DNA of 64,000 nt from an uncultured Candidatus Peribacteria bacterium (GCA_964640945.1 CAZXIV010000002.1:368-64367); one strand, 5' to 3'. Counted from the stretch's first letter, positions 53,896 through 63,488 are shown. The notes: generated by a model from the sequence alone, not told the origin. Translations and numbers: made by a program.

Positions 53896-54279
53896 ATGCT
53901 TTGGAACTACGGTCCGACGCGACCAAAAACAGCCTTTGCCAGACAGCTCCGTAAGAAACAAACGTCTGGTGAAAAGGTGTTATGGAAGCTCCTACGCCGA
54001 AATCGCTTTGAGGGCTTGCACATTCGACGACAAAGTCCAATTGGACCCTACATCGTCGACTTTCTTTGCATGCGACGACGAATGGTCATTGAAATTGATG
54101 GCAGTTCTCATTTTGCACCAGGGGCACAAGAATATGACAGGCGGCGTGAAGACTATTTACGACAAAAGGGCTTTTGGGTGATTCGCTTTAGTAATGCCGA
54201 AGTAGTGCGATCCCCGGAGTTAGTACTGGCACGACTGAGGTGGGAGCTGGGAAATTCTCGGCCTGAGCCCTCTCCCTAA
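53896..54279 (+). CDS. DUF559 (Vsr-like endonuclease fold) domain protein
   Basis: 127 aa from ATG 53896. 'ARQLRKKQTSGEKVLWKLLR...IRRQSPIGPYIVDFLC....VIEIDGSSH......YDRRREDYLRQKGFWVIRF.N.EV'. Lower GC than the surroundings. Confidence 0.8.
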   Translation: MLWNYGPTRPKTAFARQLRKKQTSGEKVLWKLLRRNRFEGLHIRRQSPIGPYIVDFLCMRRRMVIEIDGSSHFAPGAQEYDRRREDYLRQKGFWVIRFSNAEVVRSPELVLARLRWELGNSRPEPSP

Positions 54280-54299
54280 CCCTCCCCCTCAGGGGAGGG
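54267..54299. repeat. right G/C-rich inverted repeat flanking the DUF559 gene
   Basis: GCCCTCTCCCTAACCCTCCCCCTCAGGGGAGGG. Overlaps the last codons and the stop of the DUF559 gene. Confidence 0.7.
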
Positions 54300-54336
54300 A
54301 AAGTTGCTGACCTTCATCAAAGTTTGTTCTCAGCAC

Positions 54337-54882
54337 TCAATCTTGATTGGCCTTCCGCACCATCTTCACGATTGGAATCAATTTGCTATTTATTTCATAC
54401 GTAGAAGCTTCGCCACTCTCTTCGAAGCCGGACTTTCGATAGAACCGAATCGCTTGGGCATTGTGAGTAAGTACCCACACGTCGATTGCGCGCTCTGAAC
54501 CTAGCCAGTCCAGATTGGCCCTCATTAAGGCTTGGCTGACGCCTTTTCCATGAAACTCAGGCTGAACATAGATGGCTGCCACTTCATGCTGATCGGCATT
54601 TTTTGTAGCCACGGAGTAGCCGACGATTTTCTCATCCTCCCGAGCGACAAAGATTTGCTTTCTATCACCTTGGGCTTCGATTGTCTTCTCCCACTTCCCG
54701 ATTTGTTCGGGTGTGCCATACTTTTTAGTCTCAATATCTTCCACGGTCAGCCCAACACTCGGATCTGGATAAAATTCCAGCCAGCAACGTTTTTGGATCT
54801 CGCCAATTTCCGTCCCATCACCAGGACGTGCATTGGTAATCTCAAAATCCGGCTCGCTCTCTGTTCTGGAATCAAGACTCAT
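54337..54882 (-). CDS. GNAT family N-acetyltransferase
   Basis: 181 aa. 'IFVAREDEKIVGYSVA...AAIYVQPEFHGKGVSQALM' and 'AIRFYRKSGFE'. Noticeably lower GC than neighbouring genes. Confidence 0.8.
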   Translation of the reverse strand: MSLDSRTESEPDFEITNARPGDGTEIGEIQKRCWLEFYPDPSVGLTVEDIETKKYGTPEQIGKWEKTIEAQGDRKQIFVAREDEKIVGYSVATKNADQHEVAAIYVQPEFHGKGVSQALMRANLDWLGSERAIDVWVLTHNAQAIRFYRKSGFEESGEASTYEINSKLIPIVKMVRKANQD

Positions 54883-54903
54883 GCGTGCATGATAGCAAAA
54901 TCA

Positions 54904-55371
54904 TCATTTCTGCAACGCCTTCAAATCATCCACAATCTCCCCCGCATGCTCCTCCGGATTCACTTCTGGATAGACCTTCGCAATCACACCCTTCGGATCA
55001 ATTAAATACGACACTCTCAAGATCCCCATATACTTCTTCCCCAGGAAGGACTTCTGCTGCCAGACACCATAGGCCTGACAGACCTTCGTCTCTTCATCCG
55101 CCAATAGAGGGAACTCCAACTTATACCGCTTGGCGAACTTCTCATGGCTCTTCACTGAATCTTTGCTGACCCCAAGCACCACGCCGTTATAGCGCTTAAT
55201 GGCCGAAAGACGGCTCTGCAAACCACAGGCCTCCTTGGTGCAGCCGGGGGTATCGTCCTTGGGATAGAAATAGAGCAAGATCCACTGGTTGGTGTACGTA
55301 TCCAGGCCGCGAGCAGTGCCGGTCTGGTCGTTGAGCGTAAAGGCGGGAGCGGTGTCACCAACGTTGAGCAT
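54904..55371 (-). CDS. bcp: thioredoxin-dependent peroxiredoxin Bcp
   Basis: Start at ATG 55371. 'VGDTAPAFTLNDQTG', 'ILLYFYPKDDTPGCTKEAC' and 'GVSKDSVKSHEKFAKRYKLEFPLLAD'. Confidence 0.9.
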   Translation of the reverse strand: MLNVGDTAPAFTLNDQTGTARGLDTYTNQWILLYFYPKDDTPGCTKEACGLQSRLSAIKRYNGVVLGVSKDSVKSHEKFAKRYKLEFPLLADEETKVCQAYGVWQQKSFLGKKYMGILRVSYLIDPKGVIAKVYPEVNPEEHAGEIVDDLKALQK

Positions 55372-55416
55372 GGCTCCATGGTAGCAAAGATTCCTCTCAA
55401 GAAGCCAAAAAGGCGG

Positions 55417-55428
55417 TAGAATGGCCCC
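55417..55428 (+). promoter_or_regulatory. TAGAAT -10 box 6 nt upstream of ATG 55429 (leaderless start predicted)
   Basis: GGTAGAATGGCCCCATG. Confidence 0.4.
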
Positions 55429-56610
55429 ATGAAGACCTACCCCGTTCTCCAGCTGAAGCCCGGTCGCGATGCGTCGTTGCGGAGCCGCCACCACGCCATC
55501 ATGCCGGCGGCCATCGGCTCGGCGGGCGAAGTGGAAGACGGCGGCATCGTGGAGGTGCGTGACGCCACGGGTGATTTCCTCGCCTTCGCGTTCTATAACG
55601 CCAAAGCCAATATCGCCGGCCGCGCCTTCGCTTTCCAGCCGGGCGATCCCCTCCTGCAGCTCAAAGCCTCCATCGAGCGCGCGCTTGAGAGCCGCGAGGT
55701 GCTGCGCGCCGACAAAGGCACCGACTGCTGGCGCCTCGTGAACGCCGAGGGCGACGCTGTTCCCGGCCTAATCGTCGACCAATACGGTCCGGTGCTAGCC
55801 GTGCAGTTCACGACCCTCGGCATGGATAAGCAGCGCGAGTGGGTACTCGACCTCCTAATGGCTCAAGTGAAGCCGGAAGCGATCTTTGAGAAATCGGCCG
55901 GCAGCGCTCGTGAAAAAGAGGGCCTCATTGAGGTGGAAGGCTGGGTGCGCGGCAAACCCCAGGGCACCGTGACCGTGAAAGAACGGGGCCTACGCTTCCT
56001 CATCGACCTCCAGGGCGGCCAGAAGACCGGCTTCTTCTTAGACCAGCGCGAGATGCGCACCCTCGTCCGAAACCTCGCCTCCGGCCGCACCGTGCTCGAT
56101 ATTTGCAGCTACGTGGGGGGCTTTTCGGTGAATGCACTGGCCGGCGGCGCCTTGGCGGCCGTGGCCGTGGACTACGACAAGGGCGCCATCACCCGCGCCC
56201 AGGAGCACGCCCGCGTGAACGGCTTCTCGCAGAGCCAATTCGAAACCAGCGCCGAAGACGCCTTCGCCTATCTGCGCCGCGTACCCAAGGGCGCCAAGTT
56301 CGACTTCATCATCTTGGACCCACCGGCCTTCGCCAAACGCAGCCAAGACTTGGAGCCGGCCAAAAAATCGTACGGAGACTTAAACCGCCTAGCCTTTCAG
56401 ATTTTGCCGCCGGGTGGCCTGCTGCTCACCTGCTCGTGCAGCTACCAGATGACCCAAGATCTCTTCCAAGATGTCGTCTTCCAAGCGGCCCGCTCGGCTC
56501 GCCGCGGTGTGAAGATCCTCTCGCGCCACCGCCAAGCGTTGGACCACCCCGTGAACCTCTTCCACCCCGAGGGCGACTACTTGAAAAGCCTGCTCCTGCA
56601 GGTGGATTGA
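55429..56610 (+). CDS. class I SAM-dependent rRNA methyltransferase with PUA domain (RlmI/RlmK-like)
   Basis: 393 aa. 'GLIVDQYGPVLAVQF', 'QKTGFFLDQREMR', 'VLDICSYVGGFS' and 'IILDPPAFAK'. Confidence 0.8.
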   Translation: MKTYPVLQLKPGRDASLRSRHHAIMPAAIGSAGEVEDGGIVEVRDATGDFLAFAFYNAKANIAGRAFAFQPGDPLLQLKASIERALESREVLRADKGTDCWRLVNAEGDAVPGLIVDQYGPVLAVQFTTLGMDKQREWVLDLLMAQVKPEAIFEKSAGSAREKEGLIEVEGWVRGKPQGTVTVKERGLRFLIDLQGGQKTGFFLDQREMRTLVRNLASGRTVLDICSYVGGFSVNALAGGALAAVAVDYDKGAITRAQEHARVNGFSQSQFETSAEDAFAYLRRVPKGAKFDFIILDPPAFAKRSQDLEPAKKSYGDLNRLAFQILPPGGLLLTCSCSYQMTQDLFQDVVFQAARSARRGVKILSRHRQALDHPVNLFHPEGDYLKSLLLQVD

Positions 56611-56700
56611 CGGAATTTTTGGCGTAGTTCGGGCAGAGCCACCACTACGCCAACAAGCCCGGCGCCCCCGAGGAGCGTCGGGCCTGGAGAGTCGCGGCGC

Positions 56701-57297
56701 TCAGCGCGTAAAGACGAGCGTGACTGTCACGGGAACCATCTCGTCGAGGAGTTTATCCTTATACGAATCAGCGGCGACGCTGTAGTCCTTGCGCGGGATT
56801 TCAAACTCAGCCGTAAGACCCTCGTCGGTCACAAGCGTGTCGGCCGTGAGGCTCTTGGTGATGCCTTTGATCGTCAGGTCGCCGGTAACAGCGAAACGGT
56901 TATCACCCTGGGCAACAATCGCGGTGGAGCGGAACGTGGCCTGGGGGTGCTTGGCCGTATTAAAGAAATCTTCTTTCTGCATGTGGCCATCGAGGCCGGC
57001 ACTGTCGGTCTTCACACTCGTCAGATCGATCGTGAATTCCAAGGTGGCCTTCGTAAAGTCAGTCGGGGCCGAGGCAGCAGGCGTCACCTTAGCGGTGAAG
57101 CGCTCAAAGACGCCGGGATGGTCGACAATGCTGCTCTTGCCGACAAAAGAGACGGTGCTCTTGGCCGGATCGACAGTCGTGAGCGTGCCCGTATAGGCGG
57201 TCTTCTGGGCGAGCGGGGCGGAAACAGCGGACGGCTGGGCGCTCTGGCAAGCGGCCAGGGCGAGCGTAACGAGGAGGACGGGAGCAAGACGACGCAT
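56701..57297 (-). CDS. YceI-family lipoprotein
   Basis: 198 aa. 'LLVTLALAACQS' lipobox, 'VSFVGKSSIVDHPGVFERFTAKV' and 'VTGDLTIKGITKSL'. Confidence 0.8.
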   Translation of the reverse strand: MRRLAPVLLVTLALAACQSAQPSAVSAPLAQKTAYTGTLTTVDPAKSTVSFVGKSSIVDHPGVFERFTAKVTPAASAPTDFTKATLEFTIDLTSVKTDSAGLDGHMQKEDFFNTAKHPQATFRSTAIVAQGDNRFAVTGDLTIKGITKSLTADTLVTDEGLTAEFEIPRKDYSVAADSYKDKLLDEMVPVTVTLVFTR

Positions 57298-57365
57298 GGC
57301 AAAAAGGGAGGAAAGAATGCTTCCGCACTGTAACGGTCGGGAATTAAGAAAAGATTAAGGCCGTC

Positions 57366-58589
57366 TTATTCGTAGCGCAGCGCCTGGATGGGTCGCAGCT
57401 TAGCTGCCTGCCACGCCGGCAAGAGGCCAAAAAAGATACCCACAGCAATCGAGAAGAGTAGCGCCAGCACGACCGATATGACCGAGATGGAGGCATCGAA
57501 ACCGAAGAACGTTTTGACGATGAATGATGCCGCCGCACTGAAGACCACGCCGATGATGCCGCCGAGCACGCTGAGCACGGTCGCCTCAATCAGAAACTGC
57601 AGCAGGATATCCTTCTTCTTGGCGCCGATCGCTTTACGAATGCCGATCTCACGCGTCCGCTCGGTGACGGACACGAGCATGATGTTCATCACGCCGATGC
57701 CACCCACGAGTAGCGAAATACCGGCAATACCGCCGAGCAACAGCGTGAAGATTTGCGTGACTTCGTTGAGCGTCTCAACCGCGTCCGCCTGGTTCAAGAC
57801 CGTGAAGTCCTGCTTGGCCGAATCCGTCAGGCCGTGGCTGTTCATGATCACCGCCGTGATCACTGCCTGTGTCTGCTCCATCTGCTCCGGATCTTCCACC
57901 GACACGCTAATGGTGCTGACAGTCTTCTTGCCAGTTAGACGCTGCTGAAGTGTCGTGAGCGGCACAATCACTTGGTCATCGGCATTCTGAAAGCCCGTCG
58001 ACCCCTTACTCGTCAGCACACCGACCACCGTGAAGATGGTGCCTTGAATGCGGATGTCCTCACCGATGGGCTGGGGGTTATTCGGGAAGACGTTCTTCAC
58101 CACCGTCGAGCCGAGCACGGCCACCTTCGCTACCTCTTCTACGTCGCTATCGGTAATAAAGCGGCCCACCGCCACCGTGGTGTTGCGCACAGCCGCGTAG
58201 TCGCCGGTTGTCCCCACTACCGAGGTGGAGGCATTGTTCGGACCGACAACCACCTGGGCGCGGGTGCTGGTCGAAGGCGCGATGCCGCTCAAACCGGTGA
58301 TGTACTCTTTGAGAGCGGCCACATCCTCCATGGTCAGCGCCGCGGCGCTGGTGCCGCCGGTAGTACCGCGCACGTTGGTCTGGCTGGGGCTGCCGGGCGA
58401 GATGGTGAGCAGGTTTGTGCCCAGACTCTGGATCTGCGAGGTGACGCTGCGCTGGGCACCCTGACCGATGGCGACCATCAACACCACCGACGCCACCCCG
58501 ATCACGATGCCGAGCATGGTGAGGCTCGACCGCAGCTTGTTGCTGACAATCGCTCCGAGCGCGCCGCGGATGTTTTCGAGGAAGTTCAT
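57366..58589 (-). CDS. ABC transporter permease, MacB/FtsX family
   Basis: 407 aa. 'NKLRSSLTMLGIVIGVASVV', a large periplasmic domain and a C-terminal FtsX fold with 'ERTREIGIRKAIGAKKKDIL'. Confidence 0.85.
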   Translation of the reverse strand: MNFLENIRGALGAIVSNKLRSSLTMLGIVIGVASVVLMVAIGQGAQRSVTSQIQSLGTNLLTISPGSPSQTNVRGTTGGTSAAALTMEDVAALKEYITGLSGIAPSTSTRAQVVVGPNNASTSVVGTTGDYAAVRNTTVAVGRFITDSDVEEVAKVAVLGSTVVKNVFPNNPQPIGEDIRIQGTIFTVVGVLTSKGSTGFQNADDQVIVPLTTLQQRLTGKKTVSTISVSVEDPEQMEQTQAVITAVIMNSHGLTDSAKQDFTVLNQADAVETLNEVTQIFTLLLGGIAGISLLVGGIGVMNIMLVSVTERTREIGIRKAIGAKKKDILLQFLIEATVLSVLGGIIGVVFSAAASFIVKTFFGFDASISVISVVLALLFSIAVGIFFGLLPAWQAAKLRPIQALRYE

Positions 58590-59254
58590 CGCTGGCGGTG
58601 GACGAGGCCGTCCTGCAAATGAATGGTGCGGTGGGCAAAGCCGGCCACCTTCGGTTCGTGCGTCACCATCACAATCGTCTTACCGGCGCGGTTAAAGTCG
58701 GTGAGAAGCTGCATCACTTCTTCGCCGGTCTTGGTATCGAGCGCGCCCGTGGGCTCGTCGGCCAAGATGAGTGCCGGATTCGTGACGATGGCGCGGGCGA
58801 TGGCCACACGCTGTTGCTGGCCACCGGAAAGTTCGCTGGGGTTATGACTCATGCGCTCACTGAGTCCAACGGCGTGCAGGGCCTCGTGAGCGCGGCGCTT
58901 GGCCTCTTCGCGGTCGATGCCCTGATAGAGCATCGGCTGCATCACCTGGCGCAGTGCGTCCATGCGAGGCAGTAAGTTAAAAGACTGAAACACAAAGCCG
59001 ATGCGCCGGCTGCGCACGCTGGCCTGGTCATCTTCCGTCAACGAGCCCACCTCACGCTTCTCTAACTGGTACGAACCAGTGCTGGGGCTATCGAGCAGCC
59101 CGATGATATTCATGAGCGTCGATTTACCCGAACCCGAGGGGCCCATAATCGCCACGAACTCGCCGGCGTTGATGGTAACCGTGATGCCCTTGAGCACAGT
59201 CACGTTCTCCGGACCGAGCGGATAGGACTTGGTGATGTCGATGAGATCGATCAT
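58586..59254 (-). CDS. ABC transporter ATP-binding protein (MacB/LolD type)
   Basis: 'GPSGSGKSTLMN', 'LSGGQQQRVAIARA' and 'ILADEPTGALD'. Start taken at ATG 59254. ATG 59287 is an alternative that overlaps the upstream gene. Confidence 0.9.
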   Translation of the reverse strand: MIDLIDITKSYPLGPENVTVLKGITVTINAGEFVAIMGPSGSGKSTLMNIIGLLDSPSTGSYQLEKREVGSLTEDDQASVRSRRIGFVFQSFNLLPRMDALRQVMQPMLYQGIDREEAKRRAHEALHAVGLSERMSHNPSELSGGQQQRVAIARAIVTNPALILADEPTGALDTKTGEEVMQLLTDFNRAGKTIVMVTHEPKVAGFAHRTIHLQDGLVHRQR

Positions 59255-59261
59255 GGCGTGG

Positions 59262-61238
59262 TTAACGGGGGCCTCCTCCACCTCCACCGCCCATGCGGAG
59301 GAGCTGGCCGGGGTTGGCCGCGGTGGACGACGTGCCGATAGCCACGTTGGTGGCAGTGACGGTCTGTCCTTCGTTCAGACCAGAAAGGATCTCGGTGTAG
59401 CGGCCGTCGCTGAGGCCAATCTGGACCGGCAGGCTGAGGCCGTTGGAGACAACGGTCATCTGGCCATTGACGCTGCGCAGGGCCAAGTTGGGCACTACCA
59501 ACACCTGCTCGCGGCGCTCAGTGTCGATCTGCACGGTGGCCGTCATGCCCGAGAGAATGGTGAGGTCCTTCGGAGCCGGTAGACGCACGTCCACTTGATA
59601 GGAGACGACGCCAGACTGTTCGACTGGGGTCGGATTAATAAGTGCGATTGTGCCTGTCATCGTGCGACCGACGACGGCATCCAGGACGATAGAAGCCGGC
59701 ATCCCCGCCTTCACACGTACCACGTCCGTCTGGTCGAGTAGGACAGTGACGAGCAACACGTCAGGGTTCTCGATCGTCACCGACGAGGTATCGCCAGTGT
59801 CGAGCAAGTTATCGCCCACCTTGTAATCGATATGGCGGATGACGCCGTCGAAGGGAGCGCGCAGTTCGTATTCGTCGGCGGTTTTGGCTGTTTTGGAATA
59901 GGAAGCGGAGCGCTGGGCGACGTCGTTCTGCTTCAACTGAATATTCACGTCGCTACTGCGCTTGGCGCTCTCAAGCGCAGATTGCTTGGAGCGCAGACTC
60001 TCTTCGGCTGAGGCGATGGCATCATCTTGCTCCTGAAAGCCGCCGGGCGTGCGAGCCTGGAGCAACTCAAGGTTCTCCTTAGCCAGGGTCAGGGCATTCT
60101 CAGCCGACTGGACCGCGTTCTGCTTGCTGCCAACAGTCACACTCACAGACCCGTTCGTGCCCGAGATATCCGCCAACTCCGAGAGGGCATCATCGGCCTG
60201 ACTGATGAGGTTGCTCGCCGTGTCGCGGTTGCCGCTGACAGTGCTGCGCAAGGCCGTGAGCTCCTCGGCCGGGAAAGTGGTGGTGTCGGTGGTGGCCCCG
60301 CGCATCATGTCGTAGGTTTTTTCCGCCAAAACTGAGAGCTTCAGAGCCAGATCTTTGGCTTTCTCTAGCGCCTGACGGAGGGTGGTCGGATTTTCTTCGG
60401 AAGTCAGCGACGTGCCGAAATCTTGACGCATCTCCAGCGCACTGTTCACACCATCGTAGTAGGCGAATTCCACCTCCCGCCCGAGGACGGGATCGTTGCC
60501 GAGGAGTGAGTCGATCTCAATGTCGTACTTGCCGTTCTGTGGACGGGCGGCCGTGCCGCGGGTGAGCGTTGAGTAGAAAGAATCAAGGAGTTTCTCGGAG
60601 GAGTTCAGCACCGATTGGGCGGTGGAACCGATGTCCTGATACTGGGTGTCTTCAGCCTTGGTGAGATCACGCTTCGCTTGTTCGAGAGCAGCGGTCTTAT
60701 CCAGCACGGCACGCTCGGCGGCGGCTAGGTCGGACGGCAGCTGCTGTTGAGCCACCTGCCAATCGTTCTGCACTTGGTCGAGCTGGCGAGCAGCCTGGTC
60801 CACCGCCGCTTGGGCGTCCTGTAGCGATTTCTCCCGATCAGCCTGGAGCTGGTCGAGCTGCAACTTACTGGCCGAAATAGACAGGGCTGCTTGGCGGATG
60901 TCGGACTGCACGGAGGTTTGATCGAGACTGGCGATGAGCTGGCCTTGTTTGACGATGTCACCCTCCTTCACGGCCACCTTAGCGATGGTGCCACGCTGGT
61001 TGAAACGCATCTGCTGCTCGCTGGCGAACGTCACTTCGCCTACGGCCTTCACGGACGAGACGATGTCACGGCGCTCTACCGTGGCAGTGGTGTTACCCGC
61101 CGACGACGCCGCTGGGGACGACAACATGATGTAACCAACACCAACAACGAGCACGGGTACCAAACCAATGAGGAAGCTCCGCCGCTGCATGGCAGCGACT
61201 AAGCCGCGGACACGATCAAGAATGGCGGTACTGTTCAT
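59262..61238 (-). CDS. periplasmic adaptor (HlyD/MacA membrane-fusion family) with a very long coiled coil
   Basis: 658 aa. N-terminal TM, lipoyl-like 'GDIVKQGQLIASLD', about 350 aa of coiled coil, then barrel domains and 'TEILSGLNEGQTV'. Confidence 0.8.
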   Translation of the reverse strand: MNSTAILDRVRGLVAAMQRRSFLIGLVPVLVVGVGYIMLSSPAASSAGNTTATVERRDIVSSVKAVGEVTFASEQQMRFNQRGTIAKVAVKEGDIVKQGQLIASLDQTSVQSDIRQAALSISASKLQLDQLQADREKSLQDAQAAVDQAARQLDQVQNDWQVAQQQLPSDLAAAERAVLDKTAALEQAKRDLTKAEDTQYQDIGSTAQSVLNSSEKLLDSFYSTLTRGTAARPQNGKYDIEIDSLLGNDPVLGREVEFAYYDGVNSALEMRQDFGTSLTSEENPTTLRQALEKAKDLALKLSVLAEKTYDMMRGATTDTTTFPAEELTALRSTVSGNRDTASNLISQADDALSELADISGTNGSVSVTVGSKQNAVQSAENALTLAKENLELLQARTPGGFQEQDDAIASAEESLRSKQSALESAKRSSDVNIQLKQNDVAQRSASYSKTAKTADEYELRAPFDGVIRHIDYKVGDNLLDTGDTSSVTIENPDVLLVTVLLDQTDVVRVKAGMPASIVLDAVVGRTMTGTIALINPTPVEQSGVVSYQVDVRLPAPKDLTILSGMTATVQIDTERREQVLVVPNLALRSVNGQMTVVSNGLSLPVQIGLSDGRYTEILSGLNEGQTVTATNVAIGTSSTAANPGQLLRMGGGGGGGPR

Positions 61239-61504
61239 ACGGAGGGGGTGGAAGACGACGACGTTGAAGAGGACGACGGGAGGCTGAGAGCACCCGAGCC
61301 GCGTATGCCACCAGAGCCGGTCGGGAAGGCACCCGATCCCCCGCGCAGCGAACCGCTACCGCCGCGCATCTGTTCCCACTGACCCCCACGACGTAGCGTC
61401 GGTTGGGACGAATTCAGACGGGGTAGGCTGCCGGAAACGAGCCAAAGGGCAATTGCGCCCGTGACAATGCCCGCCAGCAGAGAAGGGAAATGCAGAGAAC
61501 GCAT
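61235..61504 (-). CDS. small membrane-anchored Gly/Ser-rich protein, hypothetical
   Basis: 89 aa. An N-terminal TM, then 'GGSGSLRGGSGAFPTGSGGIRGSG' and a poly-Ser tail. 4-nt overlap with the adaptor gene. Confidence 0.45.
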   Translation of the reverse strand: MRSLHFPSLLAGIVTGAIALWLVSGSLPRLNSSQPTLRRGGQWEQMRGGSGSLRGGSGAFPTGSGGIRGSGALSLPSSSSTSSSSTPSV

Positions 61505-61626
61505 GAATATGGGGGTATTCGATCGTAATACATTTTAAAGGAGAGGCATTAAGACCGTATTAAAGTTCTGTATTCCCTGTTTTTAACAATGGCGGCGGCG
61601 GGGCAGGGGTATACTCTCGCCCTGAC

Positions 61627-62292
61627 ATGCGCATCCTGCTCGTCGAGGACCAGCCGAAGCTCGCTCAAAACATCCAAGCTTTCTTGGAGGCCGAGGCGTA
61701 CGCCGTTTTTTCCTGCGCCGACGGCAACGCCGCTCTGGAGCTGGCCTTAGACCAAGAGTTCGACCTCATCGTGCTCGACATCAACCTGCCCGGCCTCGAC
61801 GGCTACCAGGTGTGTGCGGCGCTGCGCGCCCAAGGCAAGCGCACACCCATCCTCATGCTGACCGCCCGCGACAGCCGCAAGGACATCGTCCACGGGCTGG
61901 ACATCGGCGCCGACGACTATCTCACCAAACCCTTCGACCTCACGGAGCTGCTCGCCCGCATCCGGGCCCTCCTGCGCCGAGCCGTGCCCGCGCGCGCCAG
62001 CATGTTGACGGTAGATGCCATCACCATCGATCCCGCCGCCCGTGAGGTGCGCCGGGACGGCGAACGTATCGAACTCTCGCCCAAGGAGTACGCCCTCCTC
62101 GAGTTTCTCGCCCGGCACCGCGGCGAGGTGCAAGACCGGCCCACTATCCTTGAACAAGTTTGGGGCGACCGCGACGACCTCATGTTCTCGCAAACCGTCG
62201 ACGTGCACATCGCCTACCTGCGCCGCAAGCTCGGCAAGGATGTGATCGCCACCGTCTCGGGCAAGGGCTACGTCATCCCCGCCGCCGCATGA
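61627..62292 (+). CDS. OmpR-family response regulator
   Basis: 221 aa. 'MRILLVEDQ', 'DLIVLDINLPGLDG', 'MLTARD', 'DDYLTKPF' and a winged helix 'LSPKEYALLEFL'. Confidence 0.9.
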   Translation: MRILLVEDQPKLAQNIQAFLEAEAYAVFSCADGNAALELALDQEFDLIVLDINLPGLDGYQVCAALRAQGKRTPILMLTARDSRKDIVHGLDIGADDYLTKPFDLTELLARIRALLRRAVPARASMLTVDAITIDPAAREVRRDGERIELSPKEYALLEFLARHRGEVQDRPTILEQVWGDRDDLMFSQTVDVHIAYLRRKLGKDVIATVSGKGYVIPAAA

Positions 62293-63488
62293 TCTTCCGC
62301 AAGATCGAACAATCGCTGGCCTTGCAGCTGACGGTCTTCGTCTTCGGTCTACTGCTCATCAATGGCGCCATCTTCCTGGCCGCCGACGCCCAAAACACCC
62401 GCCGTGAACACAGCCTGGAGCTGCTCCGTGAGGCGCAAGTGGTGCAGCGGTCGCTGCCCGAAAATCTCAACGAGTCCATCGACGTACTGCCCGCCCGCCT
62501 GCGCGAGCGCGTACGCATCATCGACCAGGAGGGCGACATTTTTTATGAGGGATCGTTCTTTAGCGGCATTCCCTTCTCATACTCCAGCGACGACGGCATC
62601 TCGCGCGTCTACGTACAGGACGACCCTTTCGACATGCTCACGGCGCCCATCGTCCGAGACGAGGAATTCCTGGGCTACATGCAGATCATGCGCCCGCTGC
62701 AGGCCACCATCGACTCGCTGCCCTTCCGCATCACAATCTATATCCTCGTGAGCATCACCATCTCCAGCCTGACGTACATTGTCGGCCGATTTTTCGCCCG
62801 CCAGAGTCTCAAGCCCGCTGAGGATTCGATGGTCCGTCTGGAGCAATTTACACAGGATGCCAGCCACGAGCTCCGCACGCCGCTGACGGTGCTCGGCTCG
62901 TCGCTCGATGTGGCACTCAAGACAAAGAAATTTGAAGATGGCATCATCTCGGCCAAGCAGGATTTGCGCGAAATCGTACGCCTGGTCGAGAAGATGCTCG
63001 AACTGGCACGCATCGACCGCTTCGCGCTGCAATCGAGCAATTTCGACTTGGCCGCCTTTGTGGAAGAACAGATAGAAAAACTGCGGCCGACAGCCAAGGC
63101 CGCCGGCGTCGCGCTCGAAACCACGATTGAAGCGGGCGTAACCGTGACCGGCGACCCGACTCTCCTGAAACACGTGATCATCAACTTGATCAGCAACGCC
63201 ATTAAATTCTCACCGGGGGGAACCATCACGGTCGCACTCACGCCCCGGACACTGACAGTGGCCGATACGGGCACGGGCATCGACGCCCAGGCGCTGCCAT
63301 TCATCTTCGAGCGCTTCTACCAAGGCGACGGCTCGCGCTCGCGCGGCGGCTATGGCCTGGGCCTGGCGCTCGTAAAGCGCATCGTCGATTTGCATCACTG
63401 GTCGATCGCGGTCGAGAGCGAGCCGGGGCGCGGGAGCACATTCACCGTGCGCTTCCCGGGCCGTAGCCGCGACCGACTGGCCTCCTAG
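62289..63488 (+). CDS. sensor histidine kinase
   Basis: Start at ATG 62289 (ATGA overlap). Two TM helices, H-box 'FTQDASHELRTPLT', N-box 'LISNAIKFSP' and G-boxes 'DTGTGI' and 'GYGLGLALV'. Confidence 0.9.
   Translation: MIFRKIEQSLALQLTVFVFGLLLINGAIFLAADAQNTRREHSLELLREAQVVQRSLPENLNESIDVLPARLRERVRIIDQEGDIFYEGSFFSGIPFSYSSDDGISRVYVQDDPFDMLTAPIVRDEEFLGYMQIMRPLQATIDSLPFRITIYILVSITISSLTYIVGRFFARQSLKPAEDSMVRLEQFTQDASHELRTPLTVLGSSLDVALKTKKFEDGIISAKQDLREIVRLVEKMLELARIDRFALQSSNFDLAAFVEEQIEKLRPTAKAAGVALETTIEAGVTVTGDPTLLKHVIINLISNAIKFSPGGTITVALTPRTLTVADTGTGIDAQALPFIFERFYQGDGSRSRGGYGLGLALVKRIVDLHHWSIAVESEPGRGSTFTVRFPGRSRDRLAS

Noticed and set aside
59580-59595. Third copy of the SOS-box-like motif (GTAGACGCACGTCCAC)
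   Set aside because: It lies deep inside the adaptor coding sequence, has a mismatch in one arm, and is in no promoter context. It is probably chance.
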